Source: an uncultured delta proteobacterium (lineage in GTDB: Bacteria > Desulfobacterota > Desulfobacteria > Desulfobacterales > UBA5852). From it: 64,000 bases of DNA. This document shows, in pieces, positions 50,209-60,573 of the stretch. The notes under the pieces were generated by a model, which saw only the letters and a program-made list of their open reading frames with translations, made no database searches and was not told where the DNA came from. Within the stretch, counting starts at the first letter, position 1. The number at the start of each line of letters is the position of its first letter. The stretch spans positions 37,401-101,400 of the forward strand of contig CAWKLN010000044.1 in assembly GCA_963850465.1 (NCBI GenBank), written 5' to 3'. Position numbers and translations under genes: made by a program.

Positions 50209-51285
50209 TTATTGGCGACCGAACAATTCACCCAGGCGGGGCAGGAGCGCCACATCGCCTTGGGCGGTATAGGCCCCTTCCATGAAGAGCTGAGCACCGT
50301 CGGCCTCCCCGGATTGAATGGCCACCCAGGTGTCAAAAGGGCTTCGCACAATCAAATCTGGACGATCCGCCGGCCCCGGTAAAGCGGTGATTGCCCCATC
50401 ACAAATCGAAAGATGGCACACCTCTTCCACCGCGCCCTTAAATTCGAACTGCAATACCACCTCAATATCCTCGGCCGCATCGGGATTGAATCCCAGTCGC
50501 ATCAGAAGCATGAAATCTTCCAATGAACGGGGTTTTGGCATCTTCTTCCGGTTTTCAAAAACGTTAGGTGCCATCCGGGCCTCTATCATGGATTCCCATG
50601 CAAGTTTGTGCAGCTGGACGATATCGCCGGGATCGTCCAGCAATGGCTGCCGGATGCGCACTTGGGTGGCTTCAGAGACCGAACGCTCCCGCACCAGTTC
50701 GATGCCGGCCTGACGTGTGGCGTCCAGGATATCGTTTGCCCGTTCACGGCAGAACGGTTTGGTCATTATCTCACTACCGTTGCGATAGATTTCCGCCACA
50801 AGGCGGATCTTATCGCCACAAAGGTAATGCATGTAGTGGGAAAGCGCGTCAAAGGCCGTGTCCGTGGGGAACCCGGCCACCGAAAGCGCGACGACATCCG
50901 GATGACGGTAACGCAGGGGGTGACTCCAGCGCGCCGTTCCGGGGATAAGAAAAGGCTCGATGGACGGCAGCGTGCGCTCGAGGAATGTTTTCATCAGCCC
51001 GTTGACGGTGTGATGATAAAGGGGGGTGGCATAAACGACAAGATCTGCCGCGCGCCACAGGGGGAACAGTTCGCGCTGCATGTCATCGTCATGCAGACAC
51101 TGCCCGGGGGTTTTACTCCAGCAGGTAAAACAACCGATGCAGGGCTTGATCTGTTTTTCACGAAGATTGATCGTATCGACGACCGCGCCGGCCTGTCGCA
51201 TGCCGTCCGTCAGGTGGTTCAGCATCAGCTCGGTCTTGCTCTGACCGCCTTTACGCGAACTTGAATTAAGGGCCAGAACCTGCAT
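50209..51285 (-). CDS. Flavodoxin-like NAD(P)H-dependent FMN reductase fused to an SCP2-like domain
   Basis: The N-terminus VLALNSSSRKGG..CIGCFTCW is typical of iron-sulfur flavoprotein/NADPH-FMN reductase families. The C-terminal ~100 aa (VLQFEF..FMEGAYTAQGDVALLPRLGELFG) resembles an SCP2 sterol-carrier fold. Confidence 0.6.
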   Translation of the reverse strand: MQVLALNSSSRKGGQSKTELMLNHLTDGMRQAGAVVDTINLREKQIKPCIGCFTCWSKTPGQCLHDDDMQRELFPLWRAADLVVYATPLYHHTVNGLMKTFLERTLPSIEPFLIPGTARWSHPLRYRHPDVVALSVAGFPTDTAFDALSHYMHYLCGDKIRLVAEIYRNGSEIMTKPFCRERANDILDATRQAGIELVRERSVSEATQVRIRQPLLDDPGDIVQLHKLAWESMIEARMAPNVFENRKKMPKPRSLEDFMLLMRLGFNPDAAEDIEVVLQFEFKGAVEEVCHLSICDGAITALPGPADRPDLIVRSPFDTWVAIQSGEADGAQLFMEGAYTAQGDVALLPRLGELFGRQ

Positions 51286-51495
51286 GCATCAGACCTCCTC
51301 AGAAGTATTAACCATCTCCCTGCGATATACCAAAAGTGCAGACAGTATCATCCAGCAGATCGGCGGCCCGGGGGGGCCTGTCGAACATGGAACACAGGCC
51401 GTCTGCCGGTATCTTCGTTGGCCTGGAATCGGGATTACGGGCGCGTCCGTGGCGCGTTAACCATCCGCGTCGGCCCCGTTTATCCGAACCGTGGT

Positions 51496-52683
51496 TTATA
51501 TGCCAATATAGGCGCCAAACTCCGTCATCACGTCGCTAATCGGAATGGCAAAACCCACCCCCTCCACGCCGAAGCTGACTACTTTTAACGTGTTCACACC
51601 GATCACCTGACCATTTTCGGTTATCAGCGGACCACCGCTGTTGCCCGGACTGATCTGGGCGCTGGTTTGAATCAGGTCGGAACTGCGTCCCGAAAAAATA
51701 CCGGAAGTCACTGTGTGATCCATACCCCCCAGAGGACTCCCAATGGCATATAGGGGTTGGCCGTGATGCAGGCCGTGGGCATTGCCCCCGGGGATAAATG
51801 GGGTCTTGTAGCCCTTGAGCTTCAAAAGGGCCAGGTCTTTGTTCTCGCTGATGATGACGATGTCAGCCTGCAGCTCGGTTTTATCCGCCAGGACAACCGT
51901 AAACCCGCTCTGGGACAGTTCGTTAAGAAGACGCTGTTCGTATCGTTCGTAGCCTTCGTCAAACTGGCGCCGCTGTTCCTCGAACTGATAGCGTCGCTGG
52001 CGCAACACTTCTTCCCGGATCTCAAGCTGGTCCTTCCAATGCCGGTATTCTTCCTGGCTCATGCTTCTGCGCTGCTGGCGCAACTGCGCCTTTTGTTTAC
52101 GCAGTTGACGCTCCTCCTGGTCCAAAAGCCGGGCCTGGTATTCGACCTGCTTTTTCAGATCTTCGATTTTATCGTCGACATCTTCCGTCTGGCCATAGGA
52201 TGAATCAATGACATGGCGGTTGGTGACGATATAACCGTTTTCCGAAATAAAAAATCCCGACCCGCGGCCCTTAATTGCGACCGTGGCATTGCGCGCTTCT
52301 TCGATCTTGTTGGCCGGCGGGAAATTCTTTTCGAAATGCGCCTGCAGGTCCTCCCCGACGGGAGCGCTGCTGATCGCGGCGGGCTTCCGGCCGGCTGCTT
52401 TCTCATCCTTGATATATTGCTCGGCTTCTTCGAATACTTCTTCGTCCGGCGTATCCGTAAAATGCCAAACGCCGTTTTCGTCTTTGTACTTGTACATCCC
52501 GGCGATGCCGGAATCCGTCAGCAGGCAAAAGGATACCATGACAACCAGCAAGGCGGTCAGAACGCCGGCATAGCATGAGATGCCGCGTCGACCGATCAGC
52601 CGCAGGATCTCTGGGGAATGGTGTTGTGGGTTTCTTTTCGGCATAACAATCCTTCCTGGAGGCATCCCGGCACACCGGTCCAC
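51496..52683 (-). CDS. Trypsin-like serine protease with an N-terminal DUF4124 motif and a coiled-coil linker
   Basis: YKYKDENGVWHFTDTP (DUF4124-like). Triad context TNRHVI, DLALLKL, GNSGGPL. A Lys/Glu/Arg/Gln-rich coiled coil is inserted between His and Asp. The start is uncertain (possibly M14). Confidence 0.7.
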   Translation of the reverse strand: MDRCAGMPPGRIVMPKRNPQHHSPEILRLIGRRGISCYAGVLTALLVVMVSFCLLTDSGIAGMYKYKDENGVWHFTDTPDEEVFEEAEQYIKDEKAAGRKPAAISSAPVGEDLQAHFEKNFPPANKIEEARNATVAIKGRGSGFFISENGYIVTNRHVIDSSYGQTEDVDDKIEDLKKQVEYQARLLDQEERQLRKQKAQLRQQRRSMSQEEYRHWKDQLEIREEVLRQRRYQFEEQRRQFDEGYERYEQRLLNELSQSGFTVVLADKTELQADIVIISENKDLALLKLKGYKTPFIPGGNAHGLHHGQPLYAIGSPLGGMDHTVTSGIFSGRSSDLIQTSAQISPGNSGGPLITENGQVIGVNTLKVVSFGVEGVGFAIPISDVMTEFGAYIGI

Positions 52684-52811
52684 CTCGCCTGAATGAATAC
52701 CATGAGATTTAAAATCTATTATGATGCCGGCAAAGAGTCAAGACTGTCTGAAATTTATGGGAAAAGATCGAATTGAATGGGCACGCGCCCGCAACAACCT
52801 GAAATGTGGAT

Positions 52812-53618
52812 TCAACCCCGTACGGCCGGCAGGATATCCTGCCAAGGCCCCTGTTGCAAGGCACCGCGATCGGCTGTCAAAACACTGATCCACTCCTGTG
52901 AAAACCAGTCCGGCAAGGTGTCAAGCGCACCGCCGTTCTGCCCCCGGTAGTGAAACGTCTGGTGAAAATGCCCCAGGAAAATTCTGGCCGCCCCCTCTGC
53001 GAAGCGCTCCTCGGCAAAAGCCCGCAGCTGATCCCGGGGCAATGTTTTGTAAAACGCCCGGCTGGCCTTGCCCAGGCGGCGCCTGAGGTGGTGCACCAGG
53101 TGGGGACCCCGCGGCAATCCCCGTGCAACCGCTTTGGCAATCGGGTTTTTGGTAAATTTGCGAAAAATGAGATAATGTCGATCATGGCGATTGATGCGAT
53201 CGCCATGGCAGAAGAGGTTCCCCTCGGTATCCCTCCACCAGGGCCGATGGGTACACCAGGTGAAGGCCGCGGCGTGCCCCTGGGCGAGGAAAAATTCGTG
53301 GTTGCCTTCCACAAACCCAATGCGGCGATGCCTTTTCTGCCGTCGGCACCAGGACAAGAAAGTGCGGTGCACCTCATTTTCATAGCGCGGCAGCGCGATC
53401 CAGAGATCAAAGATATCGCCCAGAAAAACCACATCGCAGGCGACGCGCTCCAGTGCCGTCAGCATTTCAAAGAAGGCCTCGACATTCCCCTGCTTGCGGC
53501 TGATGTGCGCATCCGCAATCATTACCAGGGGCTTTCGACGGTCGCCCGGAGAAACTATGGTGCGCTGCGTCTTGCCATTCACCCTATTCAATCCAACACC
53601 CGCAGAATTCGGTACCAC
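52812..53618 (-). CDS. Metallophosphoesterase, LpxH-like UDP-2,3-diacylglucosamine diphosphatase
   Basis: MIADAHIS (DxH), FLGDIFDLW (GD) and EGNHEF (GNHE) motifs. The N-terminal extension is probably over-called. Confidence 0.65.
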   Translation of the reverse strand: MVPNSAGVGLNRVNGKTQRTIVSPGDRRKPLVMIADAHISRKQGNVEAFFEMLTALERVACDVVFLGDIFDLWIALPRYENEVHRTFLSWCRRQKRHRRIGFVEGNHEFFLAQGHAAAFTWCTHRPWWRDTEGNLFCHGDRINRHDRHYLIFRKFTKNPIAKAVARGLPRGPHLVHHLRRRLGKASRAFYKTLPRDQLRAFAEERFAEGAARIFLGHFHQTFHYRGQNGGALDTLPDWFSQEWISVLTADRGALQQGPWQDILPAVRG

Positions 53619-53745
53619 CTGAAGAAATAAGCAATCTATAACCTATAGCGTTCCCATTATTAGACAATCTGGGCGTTCGGACATTACCACAGGCAAGCAT
53701 GGCGCAACGAAAAGGGAGGAGATGAAACGGCATTCCAATCGGTGG

Positions 53746-53859
53746 TCAGGGATTTTCTTCTTCCGATCCCAGGATTTCTTCCGTTTCCATCCACATGACA
53801 TTGATTATGCCAAAGGCGCAGGCTAAGAGTACGCCCAATATCCAGGAAAAATACCACAT
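53746..53859 (-). CDS. cydX: Cytochrome bd oxidase small subunit CydX
   Basis: Below the ORF-track size cut-off. Reverse translation gives MWYFSWILGVLLACAFGIINVMWMETEEILGSEEENP. E. coli CydX, as I recall it, begins MWYFAWILGTLLACSFGVI. Lies 60 nt downstream of cydB. Confidence 0.8.
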   Translation of the reverse strand: MWYFSWILGVLLACAFGIINVMWMETEEILGSEEENP

Positions 53860-53919
53860 GGTGTCACTGGTTCCTTATCATTAAGGTTTAGTGCCGACGA
53901 TCGCCCCACAAACGACCCG

Positions 53920-55062
53920 CTAATAGGCCGAGTGGGTGTTGGCCCTGATTTTTTCTTCGGTCGATTTCCCCCGCAGCACCCGGTACACCCAGCTGGTGTA
54001 GGCCAGCACAATGGGCAGAAACACCACGACCACCCCAAACATCAGCATCAGGGTGCGATGACTGGAAGTGGCGTCAAAAGCGGTCAGACTGCTGTTCGGA
54101 TGCGTGCTGGAGGGCATGATAAAAGGGAACATGGCGAATCCGGCGGTCAGAATAACCCCTGCCAACGCGGTGCCGCTGCATATAAATCCCAACCCCGGTC
54201 GGTTGGCCCGGCTCAGCAAAACAGCCAGCCCCCCCCCTATAAAAACCGCCGCCGGCGCCGCCATCATCCAGGGATAACGACTGAAATTGGTCAGCCAGGC
54301 GCCCTGGACGACTTCTACGGTTTTATCCAGCGGGGTCATGACAGATCCAGGGTCCGGCATCGATACAATCCGGAAACCTTCAATACCATAGGCCTGCCAG
54401 ACACCGGCCAGACCGAAGGCGGCCAGAAACGCCAGCCCGAACCAGGTGGCCGCTTTGCGTGCCCGCGCCGCGACATCCCCCTCGGTACGCATTTGCAGAT
54501 AGATGGCGCCGTGGAAGACCAGCATGGTCAGGCTCACCACGCCCGCCAAAAGCGCAAAGGGATTGAGAAGCCCCCAGAAATTTCCCGTATAATAAGATCT
54601 GAGGAAGGCATCGAAGTGGAAAGGCACGCCCTGCAAAAGATTGCCGAAAGCGACCCCGAACACCAGTGCCGGCACGCTGCCCCCCACGAACAAGCCCCAG
54701 TCCCAGGCACTGCGCCAGCGGGGGTCTTCCACTTTGCTGCGGTATTCAAACCCCACCGGCCGGAAAAACAAGGCGAACAACACGAGCAGCAACGCCCAGT
54801 AAAAACCGGAAAACGCCGTGGCATACACCATCGGCCAGGCCGCAAAAAGGGCTCCGCCCGCTGTTATAAACCAGACCTGGTTACCTTCCCAGGTGGGCCC
54901 GATGGCATTCAAAATCACCCGGCGCTGCGTATCGGTGCGGCCGACAAAGGGGAGCAAGGTGCCCACGCCCAGATCAAAGCCGCCCAGCAGGGCGAAGCCG
55001 ATCAGCAATACCCCCACAAACAGCCACCAGATCAGTTTTAGCGTATAATAGTCAATATACAT
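53920..55062 (-). CDS. cydB: Cytochrome bd ubiquinol oxidase subunit II
   Basis: 380 aa polytopic protein immediately downstream of cydA, with the typical CydB N-terminus ([13 protein letters not shown]). Confidence 0.9.
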   Translation of the reverse strand: MYIDYYTLKLIWWLFVGVLLIGFALLGGFDLGVGTLLPFVGRTDTQRRVILNAIGPTWEGNQVWFITAGGALFAAWPMVYATAFSGFYWALLLVLFALFFRPVGFEYRSKVEDPRWRSAWDWGLFVGGSVPALVFGVAFGNLLQGVPFHFDAFLRSYYTGNFWGLLNPFALLAGVVSLTMLVFHGAIYLQMRTEGDVAARARKAATWFGLAFLAAFGLAGVWQAYGIEGFRIVSMPDPGSVMTPLDKTVEVVQGAWLTNFSRYPWMMAAPAAVFIGGGLAVLLSRANRPGLGFICSGTALAGVILTAGFAMFPFIMPSSTHPNSSLTAFDATSSHRTLMLMFGVVVVFLPIVLAYTSWVYRVLRGKSTEEKIRANTHSAY

Positions 55063-55099
55063 GGAGCGGATCTCCTTTTACTCGTATTCTTGCGTCCGC

Positions 55100-56663
55100 T
55101 TATGAGGCGGCTTCGTGTTCGAAATGATAACGCCCGGTATGCAGACTGCTGGGCCCCTGACGCACAAACTTCACCATCAGGTAGACTTCGGCGACCAACA
55201 ACACCGTATAGATCAGGAGGAGGCCCAGCATACTGCCGATCAAGTCGCCCACGGTAAGTGTTGAGGTTGACAGAAACGTGGGCAACACGCCGCCGATGGT
55301 CCAGGGTTGTCGACCGTATTCGGCCACAAACCACCCCAGTTCGATCGCAATCCATGGTGCCGGCAGCGCAATGATCAACAGCTTGAGCAACCATTTTTTC
55401 TGGTCGAACACCCGGGTGCAGCAGTAGTAAAAGGCCACCGCAATAAGGGCCAGCAGCATGAATCCCAGCCCCACCATAATACGGAAGGCCCAGAACATGG
55501 GCGCCACTCCGGGAATGGTGTCCAGGGCGGCCTGTTTGATCTGGGCTTCCGTGGCGTCAACCACATTGGGCGTATAGCGCTTGAGCAGCAGACCGTAGCC
55601 GAGGTCGTCCTGACGCTCCTTGAAGGCCGCTTTGATCGGATCGGAGCGATCACCCTGGCGCAGCTTTTCGAGCAGGTCGTAGGCGATCATACCACTTCGA
55701 ATGCGCGTCTCGTTTTCAGCCACCAGCTGTTTGATGCCCGGCACCGGGGTGTCAATGGAGCGGGTGATGATGAGCCCTCCGACCCATGGGAATTTTGATG
55801 GCCGCGTCGGTTTTCTGGCCTTCCTGGTCGGGAAACCCGAAAAGGGTCAAGGCGCTGGGGGCTTCATCGGTTTCCCAGTGGGCCTCCATGGCCGCCAGCT
55901 TGACTTTCTGCACCTGGCCGGTCACGAACCCGCTCTCATCCCCCAGGACGATGACGGACAGAATCGACGCCAGCCCAAAGCCCGTGGCCACCGCAAACGA
56001 TCGTCGGGCGAAGGCCAGGTCCCGGCCCCGCAAGATATAATAGGAACTGACCGCCAGCACGAACATGGAGGCCGCCACATAGCCGGCACCAACGGTGTGG
56101 ACAAATTTCACCTGGGACACCGGGTTGAAAAAGAGCTCCGAAAAACTGGTGAGCTCCATGCGCATGGTTTCAAAATTGAATTCGGCCCCGGCCGGATGGC
56201 CCATCCATCCGTTGGCCACCAGAATCCAGAGGGCGGACAGGTTGGAACCGAGCGCCACCAGAAAGGTCGTTATCAGGTGACCGCGTTTGCTCAATTTGTC
56301 CCAGCCGAAGAAGAACAGCCCGATAAACGTCGATTCCAGGAAAAAGGCCATCAAGCCCTCGATGGCCAGGGGGGCGCCGAAGATATCACCGACATAGTGG
56401 GAATAATAGGCCCAGTTGGTCCCGAACTGGAACTCCATGGTCAGGCCCGTCGTTACACCGAGCGCGAAATTGATGCCGAACAGTTTGCCCCAGAAACGGG
56501 TCATGTCCCGGTAAATGACTTTTCCGGTCATGACATAGACCGACTCCATGATAAACAGAATCCAGGACAGCCCCAGGGTCAGGGGGACAAACAAAAAATG
56601 GTACATGGATGTCAGGGCAAATTGCCAGCGGGATAATTCGACCAACCCATCAACTGGTGACAT
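55100..56663 (-). pseudogene. cydA: Cytochrome bd ubiquinol oxidase subunit I with a single frameshift
   Basis: The N-terminal 303-aa ORF ([15 protein letters not shown]..) ends ..AAIKIP then junk. Another frame continues [48 protein letters not shown], co-linear with E. coli KIPYALGIIATRSVDTPVIGLKELM. The shift falls at the GGG run 55788-55790. Confidence 0.85.
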
Positions 56664-56802
56664 GAATGAACTCCTTGATGATTGAAAGACGGCGGCAGGG
56701 TGGTTTCCCGGTTGTCCGATGCGCGTGTTTTGCCGCTGTTGAGATGAGTTTTGTTTGCAAATTTTCTATTATAACCTATTAATGGCTGTCAAACCATTTC
56801 CT

Positions 56803-58581
56803 ATGAAACCCGAATCAATGCATAGTGGCCAACCGGCCCTGAAATGGCTGTTCCGCCGCGCCCGCACGGCACGGCTGTGGATCGCCCTGTCCGTCGGCCT
56901 GGGATTCGGCAGCGGTTTGCTGCTCATTGCCCAGGCCGCCCTGATCGCGCATCTGATCCATGCCATTTTTATCGAAGCGCTGCCGCGCTCCGAACTGACC
57001 CGCTTTTTTGTGCTTTTCGCGATGGTGGTGGCGGGTCGCGCCGTCATGGCCTGGGCACGCGAAATTGCCGGCTTCCACGCCGGCGCCCGGGTCCGGGCCG
57101 AAGTCCGCCTGCGTCTGCTGGAACACATGACGGCGGCCGGCCCGGCGTTTACGCGCCGGCAGCAGACCGGCGCGCTGGCCAGCACCGTTGTGGAGCAGGT
57201 GGAAGCCCTGCACAATTTTTTTGCCCACTATCTGCCGCAGCTGGGCTTAGCCGTCTTGATGCCCCTCAGTATCGCCGCGGTGGTTTTCCCCGTCAGTTGG
57301 ACCGCCGGGGCCATTCTGGTGGGAACCGCGCCCCTGATTCCCCTGTTCATGGTGCTTATCGGGATGGGCGCCGAATCCATCAGCCAACGGCAGTTCCAGG
57401 CCCTGGCCCGCATGAGTGCCCATTTTCTGGATGTCCTCCAGGGCCTGCCGACCCTCAAAATCTTTCAGCGCAGCAAGGCCGAGGCGGATCGGGTGGCCAC
57501 GGTTTCCCGCGCATACCGTCAGCGCACCATGCGCGTACTGCGGGTCGCCTTCCTGTCATCCGCCGTGCTGGAATTCTTCAGCTCGGTTTCCATTGCGCTG
57601 GTGGCCGTTTTTCTGGGGACCCACTTCCTCGGGTACATCACTTTCGGCACCTATGGCAGCCCCCTGACCCTCGGAGCCGGGCTGTTCATCCTTATCCTGG
57701 CACCCGATTTCTACCTGCCCTTGCGCGAGTTGGGGACCCACTATCATGCCCGGGCGGAAGCGGCCGGGGCGGCCGAAGAAATCATGCGGATCCTGCAGGC
57801 GCCGATACGTGTGCAACAATCGACGGCCAATGCCCCCGATGTTGCCCAACCGCTTGACATCGTTTTTGACAAGGTGAGCTTTACCTTTAACAACCAGGAC
57901 CGCCATGTGCTGCGGAATGTGTCCTTCAGTGTCCGGCCGGGTGAAAAGGTAATCCTGGTGGGGGCCAGCGGGGAGGGCAAAACCACCCTCCTGAATCTGC
58001 TGCTGGGGTTCTATGACCCGACTGAGGGCGCCATCCGGATCAACGGCACACCCCTGGCAGACATCGCACTACAGGATTGGCGCCACCAGCTGGCCTGGGT
58101 CGGGCAACAGCCCGTTCTTTTTTACGGTTCGCTGCGTGACAATATCCGTCTCGGCCGCCCGGAAGCCGATGATGCCGCCATCCGGGCCGCGGCCAGCGCG
58201 GCCAAGGTGCTCGAATTTGCCGATCGGATGCCCGGGGGGCTCGACACACCGGTCGGGGAGAAAGGTCACCGGCTTTCCCGCGGCCAGGCCCAGCGGGTGG
58301 CCCTGGCACGGGCCTTTCTGGCCGATGCCCCCCTGCTTTTGCTGGACGAACCCACCGCCGGACTGGACGCCACCAATGAACGCCTGGTGGTCGCCGCCAT
58401 CGACACCTTGAGCCACGGACGCAGCGTCGTCATGGTCACCCATCGCATGGCCAATGTCCAGGAGACGGATCGCGTGTTGACGCTGTCCGGGGGCGGCATC
58501 GTCGAGGACGGAAGCTATCGGGACCTGGTGGCCGCCCGGGGAACCCTCTTCAACCTGCTGCAGCAACCGGAGGAGGCCTAA
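56803..58581 (+). CDS. cydD: Thiol-reductant ABC exporter subunit CydD
   Basis: TMD plus NBD with Walker A GASGEGKTT, signature LSRGQAQR and Walker B LLLLDEPT. Divergent from cydA. The start is uncertain (56755, 56803 or 56818). Confidence 0.85.
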   Translation: MKPESMHSGQPALKWLFRRARTARLWIALSVGLGFGSGLLLIAQAALIAHLIHAIFIEALPRSELTRFFVLFAMVVAGRAVMAWAREIAGFHAGARVRAEVRLRLLEHMTAAGPAFTRRQQTGALASTVVEQVEALHNFFAHYLPQLGLAVLMPLSIAAVVFPVSWTAGAILVGTAPLIPLFMVLIGMGAESISQRQFQALARMSAHFLDVLQGLPTLKIFQRSKAEADRVATVSRAYRQRTMRVLRVAFLSSAVLEFFSSVSIALVAVFLGTHFLGYITFGTYGSPLTLGAGLFILILAPDFYLPLRELGTHYHARAEAAGAAEEIMRILQAPIRVQQSTANAPDVAQPLDIVFDKVSFTFNNQDRHVLRNVSFSVRPGEKVILVGASGEGKTTLLNLLLGFYDPTEGAIRINGTPLADIALQDWRHQLAWVGQQPVLFYGSLRDNIRLGRPEADDAAIRAAASAAKVLEFADRMPGGLDTPVGEKGHRLSRGQAQRVALARAFLADAPLLLLDEPTAGLDATNERLVVAAIDTLSHGRSVVMVTHRMANVQETDRVLTLSGGGIVEDGSYRDLVAARGTLFNLLQQPEEA

Positions 58582-58585
58582 CACC

Positions 58586-60331
58586 ATGGCGAACGCAATG
58601 CGTGAGCTGAGACCGTTTCTCCGGTTGTTGAAGCCCCATCGCCACTGGATGGCGCTCGGTCTGCTGCTGGCATGCACGGCGGGCGCGGCCGGGGCCGGGC
58701 TCCTCGGTCTCGCGGGCTGGTTTATTTCAGCATCCGCCCTGGCCGGCCTTTCGCCCCTGACCGCCCACCTCTTCAATTTGCTGCATCCCAGTGTCGGTCT
58801 CCGTATTTTTGCCATTTCGCGCACGGCCGGGCGTTATGCGGAGCGCATCGTCAACCATGACATTACCTTCCGCATCCTCGAAAGCCTGCGCACCTGGTTC
58901 TATCTTCGATTAGAACCCCTGGCGCCTGCAGGGTTGGGAAAATATCGGTTTGGAGACATCCTTGACCGAATCGTGGCCGACATCGATGCCCTGGACAATC
59001 TTTACATCCGGGTGCTGACCCCCAGCATCGTTGCCTTGGTCATGACGCTGCTGATGGCCGGGGTATTCTGGCATTTCGACCAGGGTGCGGCCCTGGTCCT
59101 GTTGACCGGCATGGTGTTGGCCGGATTTGCTCTCCCGATGGTTGCCGGCCACGCCGGCGCCGACCCGGGCCGGGCCCTGGCCCGGCATTCTGCGAGATTG
59201 CGCATTCACACGGTCGAAGGCTTGCAGGGCCTGGCCGAACTGCTGGTATTCAATGCGGCTGACCGCCACCTCCGGAAAATCGAGCGCTGCCAGGATGCTT
59301 TGATCCGCACCCAGGGTCGCATGAGCCATATCAGTGGCGCTACTTCCGCCGGGTTGACGCTGGTGTCCGGCGCCGCGGTCGGAACCTTACTCTATCTGGG
59401 ATCCGGTCGCGTGGAAGACGGTCAGCTGGACGGCGCCATCCTGGCCATGATGGCGTTTGCCGCCCTGGCCACCTTTGAGGTCATCTGGTCGTTACCGGCC
59501 GCCTTTCAGTATCTCAGCCGCACCCGGGAGGCATCGCGACGCCTGCTGGAAATCGTCGCGCAGGCTCCCGCCGTGATCTTCCCGGCGGCCTCGGCACCCC
59601 TTGAGAATTTTGACATTTCTTTCGACGGTGTGACCTTCCGCTATGACCCGGAAGGGCCCACTGTTCTCAAGGACTTCCACCTCCGCATCGGCCATGGCGA
59701 ACGTGTGGCCATCATGGGGGCCACCGGTGCCGGCAAATCAACCCTGGTCAACTTGCTGGTGCGGTTCTGGGACCCCGGCGCGGGGCGTATTCTCCTGGGG
59801 GGGCAAGATATCCGGACCATGAGCGAAGCGCGTTTGCGACAGGAGGTCGCGGTGGTCTCACAGCAGTCTCATCTGTTTAACGCCACGATACGGGAGAATC
59901 TCCGCTTGGCCTGCCCTGATGCCGACGACGAACAACTCTGGGCGGCGCTGCGGGCGGCCCGGCTGGATGGTTTCGTGTCGGCCCTCCCCCAGGGGTTGGA
60001 CACCTGGACCGGGGAGGCCGGGCAGCGTCTTTCAGGTGGGGAGGCGCGACGCCTGGTCATCGCCCGGGCGGTTCTGCGGGACGCACCGGTATGGCTGCTG
60101 GATGAACCCACCGAAGGCCTGGACAGTGCCAATGAGCAGCAACTGATGAACACGTTATATGATTTGACGGCACAACGCACGATGCTGTTGATTACACACC
60201 GTCCGGTGGCCCTCGACCGGATGGATCGCATCGCCATTCTGGACACTGGACGCATTGTGGAAGAGGGCCGCCATGATGTTCTTCTGGCGTCCGGAAAGCA
60301 CTATCCCCATCTCGGGCTGAAACGCTTTTGA
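58586..60331 (+). CDS. cydC: Thiol-reductant ABC exporter subunit CydC
   Basis: 581 aa. Walker A GATGAGKST, signature LSGGEARR, Walker B WLLDEPT. Starts 4 nt after cydD. Confidence 0.85.
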   Translation: MANAMRELRPFLRLLKPHRHWMALGLLLACTAGAAGAGLLGLAGWFISASALAGLSPLTAHLFNLLHPSVGLRIFAISRTAGRYAERIVNHDITFRILESLRTWFYLRLEPLAPAGLGKYRFGDILDRIVADIDALDNLYIRVLTPSIVALVMTLLMAGVFWHFDQGAALVLLTGMVLAGFALPMVAGHAGADPGRALARHSARLRIHTVEGLQGLAELLVFNAADRHLRKIERCQDALIRTQGRMSHISGATSAGLTLVSGAAVGTLLYLGSGRVEDGQLDGAILAMMAFAALATFEVIWSLPAAFQYLSRTREASRRLLEIVAQAPAVIFPAASAPLENFDISFDGVTFRYDPEGPTVLKDFHLRIGHGERVAIMGATGAGKSTLVNLLVRFWDPGAGRILLGGQDIRTMSEARLRQEVAVVSQQSHLFNATIRENLRLACPDADDEQLWAALRAARLDGFVSALPQGLDTWTGEAGQRLSGGEARRLVIARAVLRDAPVWLLDEPTEGLDSANEQQLMNTLYDLTAQRTMLLITHRPVALDRMDRIAILDTGRIVEEGRHDVLLASGKHYPHLGLKRF

Positions 60332-60573
60332 GCATCCCGTCAGGATGAATTCCTAAAAACCCGCGTTCGAACAACTTGGAAAAATTCAAGACACGGCGTG
60401 CAAATCCCGAGGAATAACGCTATTGCGGGTGACGTCAGCAGTGTGCTTAGCGTACGCCCCAATGAAGCGGAAGGATACGCAAAACAGATATTGGTCCCTT
60501 TTCGGCGCTGTCAATCAGGACGGTTCGAACACCGACGATCATCTGCGGCCGTCGGAAGTCAACAAGCCGTCGG

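Noticed and set aside
60522-60530. GGTTCGAAC, resembling a tRNA T-loop, in the cydC-glycosyltransferase intergenic region.
   Set aside because: I could not build a flanking T-stem, acceptor stem or anticodon arm, so there is no cloverleaf.
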